Source: Octopus bimaculoides
Taxonomy: Eukaryota
Reading direction: 5' to 3'
NCBI RefSeq assembly: GCF_001194135.2
Contig: NC_068989.1
Location: 5,003,383-5,067,382 of the forward strand
DNA: 64,000 bases
Below are positions 61,785 to 64,000 of this stretch, piece after piece. Below the pieces are notes generated by a model. It worked only from the letters and a program-made list of their open reading frames with translations, searched no databases and was not told where the DNA came from. Both the position numbers and the translations under genes were made by a program. The stretch's first letter is position 1, and each line of letters starts with the position of its first letter.

Positions 61785-62215
61785 TCATCATCATTGTTTA
61801 ACGTCCGCTTTCCATGCTGGCATGGGTTAGACGGTTTGACTGAGGACTGCACCAGGCTCAATCTGATCTGGTAAAGTTTCTACAGCTGGATGCCCTTCCT
61901 AACACCGAGAGTGTACTGGGTGCTTTTAGGTGCCACCAGCACGTGGGCTAGTCAGGCGGTTCTGGCAATGACCACGCTCAAAAGGTGTTTTTACGTGCTA
62001 TCTGCACAGGAGTCAGTCCGGTGTCACTGGCAATGACCATACTTGAATGTTGTTTTTCATGTGCCAGCAATACATGTGCCGGTAAGGCGACACTGGCAAC
62101 GATCATGCTCAAATGGTGTTTTTCATATGTCACCGGCACAGGAGCCAATCCATGGCCCTGGCAACGATCATGCTCAGATGTGTTTTTACCGTTCCACTGG
62201 CACGAATGCCAGTCA
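61782..62215 (-). mobile_element. RTE-type 3' UTR with ~65-bp tandem subrepeats
   Basis: (TCA)n TTGTTTAACGTCCGCTTTCCATGCTGGCATGGG; CTGGCAA(T/C)GA(C/T)CA...GTGTTTTT repeated four times. Confidence 0.85.
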
Positions 62216-62254
62216 GGATATATATATATATATATATATATGAATACATACATA

Positions 62255-62415
62255 TACACAACATGCTTCTACACAGTTTCTGTCTATCAAATTCACTCGC
62301 AACGCATTGTTTGGTCCAAGCTATAGCAGAAGAAACCTGCCCAAGATGCTGTACAGTGGGCCTGAACCCAGAACCACATAATTACAAAGTGAACTTTGTA
62401 GTCACACAACCATAA
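62255..62415 (-). mobile_element. SINE family A head, diverged
   Basis: CAGTTTCTGTCTATCAAATTCACTC...CAGTGGGCCTGAACCCAGAACCACA. Confidence 0.7.
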
Positions 62416-62884
62416 CATGGTGTAAAAATCAGTGAGTTGACACTTGATTTTTATTTGCAGAAAACATGTAAACTACTTGAAAACACAGGCTTTTTCTTAG
62501 TTTTGTATTTCTTTTAAAATTACACACAAATCCATTAACATGTCCTCCTCAATCACTGCTCCAGCAATATCTTCCCTGTTATATTTGCCTGGCAAGTCAC
62601 TTGATTTGATATTATCTGTTTGTAGTGAATCGATTACATTATAGAAGAAATGTTTTATGATAACTGTGTAAATCTCCCATATATTCTATTTATCTTTTGT
62701 TCTGTTTTGCTTTGGTTTATGATATATTGTAGTTTTTATCTATTTGTATAATGTCACCTGATTGAAATTTCTATGCAACTAACTGAATTTACTTAGTAGT
62801 TGATAAACAAATTTCAAAATCTCACTATATTGATCATAGTCACTTATTGTAGCAGTGTTAGTTGTTGTATAGTAAAACAAAGCA

Positions 62885-63092
62885 ATGAGCTGGCAGAATT
62901 GTTTCTGACTGGAAAAAATACTGAGTGGCATTTCATACATCTGTTCTGAGTTCAAATTCTACCAAGATTGACTTTGGCTTTCACCCTTTTGGAGTCAAAG
63001 AAATACATACTAATTGAGTACTGGGATCGATGTAGTTGACTAGCCCCCTCCCTGAAAATTTCAGGCCTTATGCGTATAATAGAAAGGATTAT
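62885..63092 (+). mobile_element. SINE family B
   Basis: GAGCTGGCAGAA...TTCTGAGTTCAAATTC...TTCAGGCCTTATGCGTATAATAGAAAGGATTAT. Confidence 0.8.
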
Positions 63093-63405
63093 AAAAGAAA
63101 ACAAGAATAAAGCATTTAATTCCAGTTTGTTTGGCACACGCGTAATTTAGGGTCCATACATTAAAGCTACTTTTTTTTTTACCTGACTTTGTTACTCTTT
63201 CTCCTTTCTTTCTTCCACCTTCTCTCCCTTTACCTTTTCCCACCACCACCACCACCACCATCTGTGGGTAAGAAGTTATATATCAACCACCTTAGCCAAT
63301 CGATGGTCTCAGTTTAACTATCCCAAGTTTACCTGGAAGTATTTTTAAAAAAATTTTCAAAATCAAAAAAATATAAACTTTTTTTTTTTAATTAAAAAAA
63401 ACATT

Positions 63406-63980
63406 GGATCTTTTTTAAAACGGGGGCCACATTTTTCATTAACGAAACACTTTGAAACTTGGAACACTGGTAGAATGTGTCATATAAAACATCTTTTTCT
63501 CTTAGTCTTCTTAAAAATAAAAATAAATCCATAAGTTATTCCATGTTAAAGTTGTCGTATTTCTGTAATTTCAACCAATCACTGACGTCCATTCAACCGA
63601 TATACATTAAGTGCTGACTACATAAACAAACGATTCTGAAACAATTAACCCTAACCCTAACCATAGGGTTAGGTTTAGGGTTAGGGTTAAAGCAAATTTA
63701 AAATGAAAAAAGCAAATAAAACGAAGGTATGGAGATTAAATACGCTTTACATCGCTTAATCAGCCAAAGGAGTAAATGTAAACGACTGAATACTTGTCAG
63801 TGATTGGTTGAAATTATCGAAATAAAACAATTTTTTACATAAAATAAATTCGAATACAAAAATATTTTTCTGTTCTATAACGCAAAATAGATAAGTATAC
63901 GAAGTTTGAAAGTCTTTCGGTACCAAAAACACTACGTAAAACATTAATGAAAAATGTGGCCCCCGTTTTAAAAAAGATCC
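63406..63980. mobile_element. 575-bp MITE with 37-bp perfect TIR, 8-bp TSD and central TTAGGG palindrome (Merlin-like by termini and TSD)
   Basis: TIR GGATCTTTTTTAAAACGGGGGCCACATTTTTCATTAA at 63406-63442 and 63944-63980; TSD AAAACATT at 63398-63405 and 63981-63988. Confidence 0.9.
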
Positions 63981-64000
63981 AAAACATTTTTTTTTTTTTT

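Noticed and set aside
61960-62215. CRISPR-like repeat-spacer array
   Set aside because: Degenerate tandem subrepeats of an RTE 3' UTR in eukaryotic DNA; no constant repeats, unique spacers or cas genes.
63645-63690. Telomere or chromosome fusion site
   Set aside because: Only a few units, and they lie inside a TIR/TSD-bounded element.

Overview
Gappy, AT-rich, microsatellite-dense eukaryotic (animal) genomic DNA with many N gaps. The repeat landscape suggests a coleoid cephalopod such as Octopus; this is my inference, not a database result. One protein-coding gene is well supported: a + strand core 1 beta-1,3-galactosyltransferase (T-synthase, C1GALT1-like). Its coding exons are 33811-34075 (TM anchor and stem) and 60883-61562 (catalytic domain), joined by a 26.8-kb phase-1 GT-AG intron. 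I did not find its last coding exon in the window. The rest is mostly transposon-derived: several tRNA-headed SINE families, RTE and R4/Dong LINE remnants, two Penelope-like RT fragments, and piggyBac-, hAT-, Tc1/mariner-, Helentron- and Merlin-like non-autonomous elements. The most notable observations are: (i) minimal hammerhead-ribozyme-like motifs in two repeat families, one within a TSD-flanked inverted structure with a tRNA-like segment that is linked to a Penelope RT, the other with a shared non-canonical CUGUNGA core; (ii) a young 575-bp MITE with perfect 37-bp TIRs, an 8-bp TSD and a central head-to-head TTAGGG palindrome; (iii) several foldback or hairpin elements. No CRISPR array, rRNA or bona fide tRNA gene was seen. 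SINE and LINE boundaries are approximate unless a TSD or TIR is quoted.
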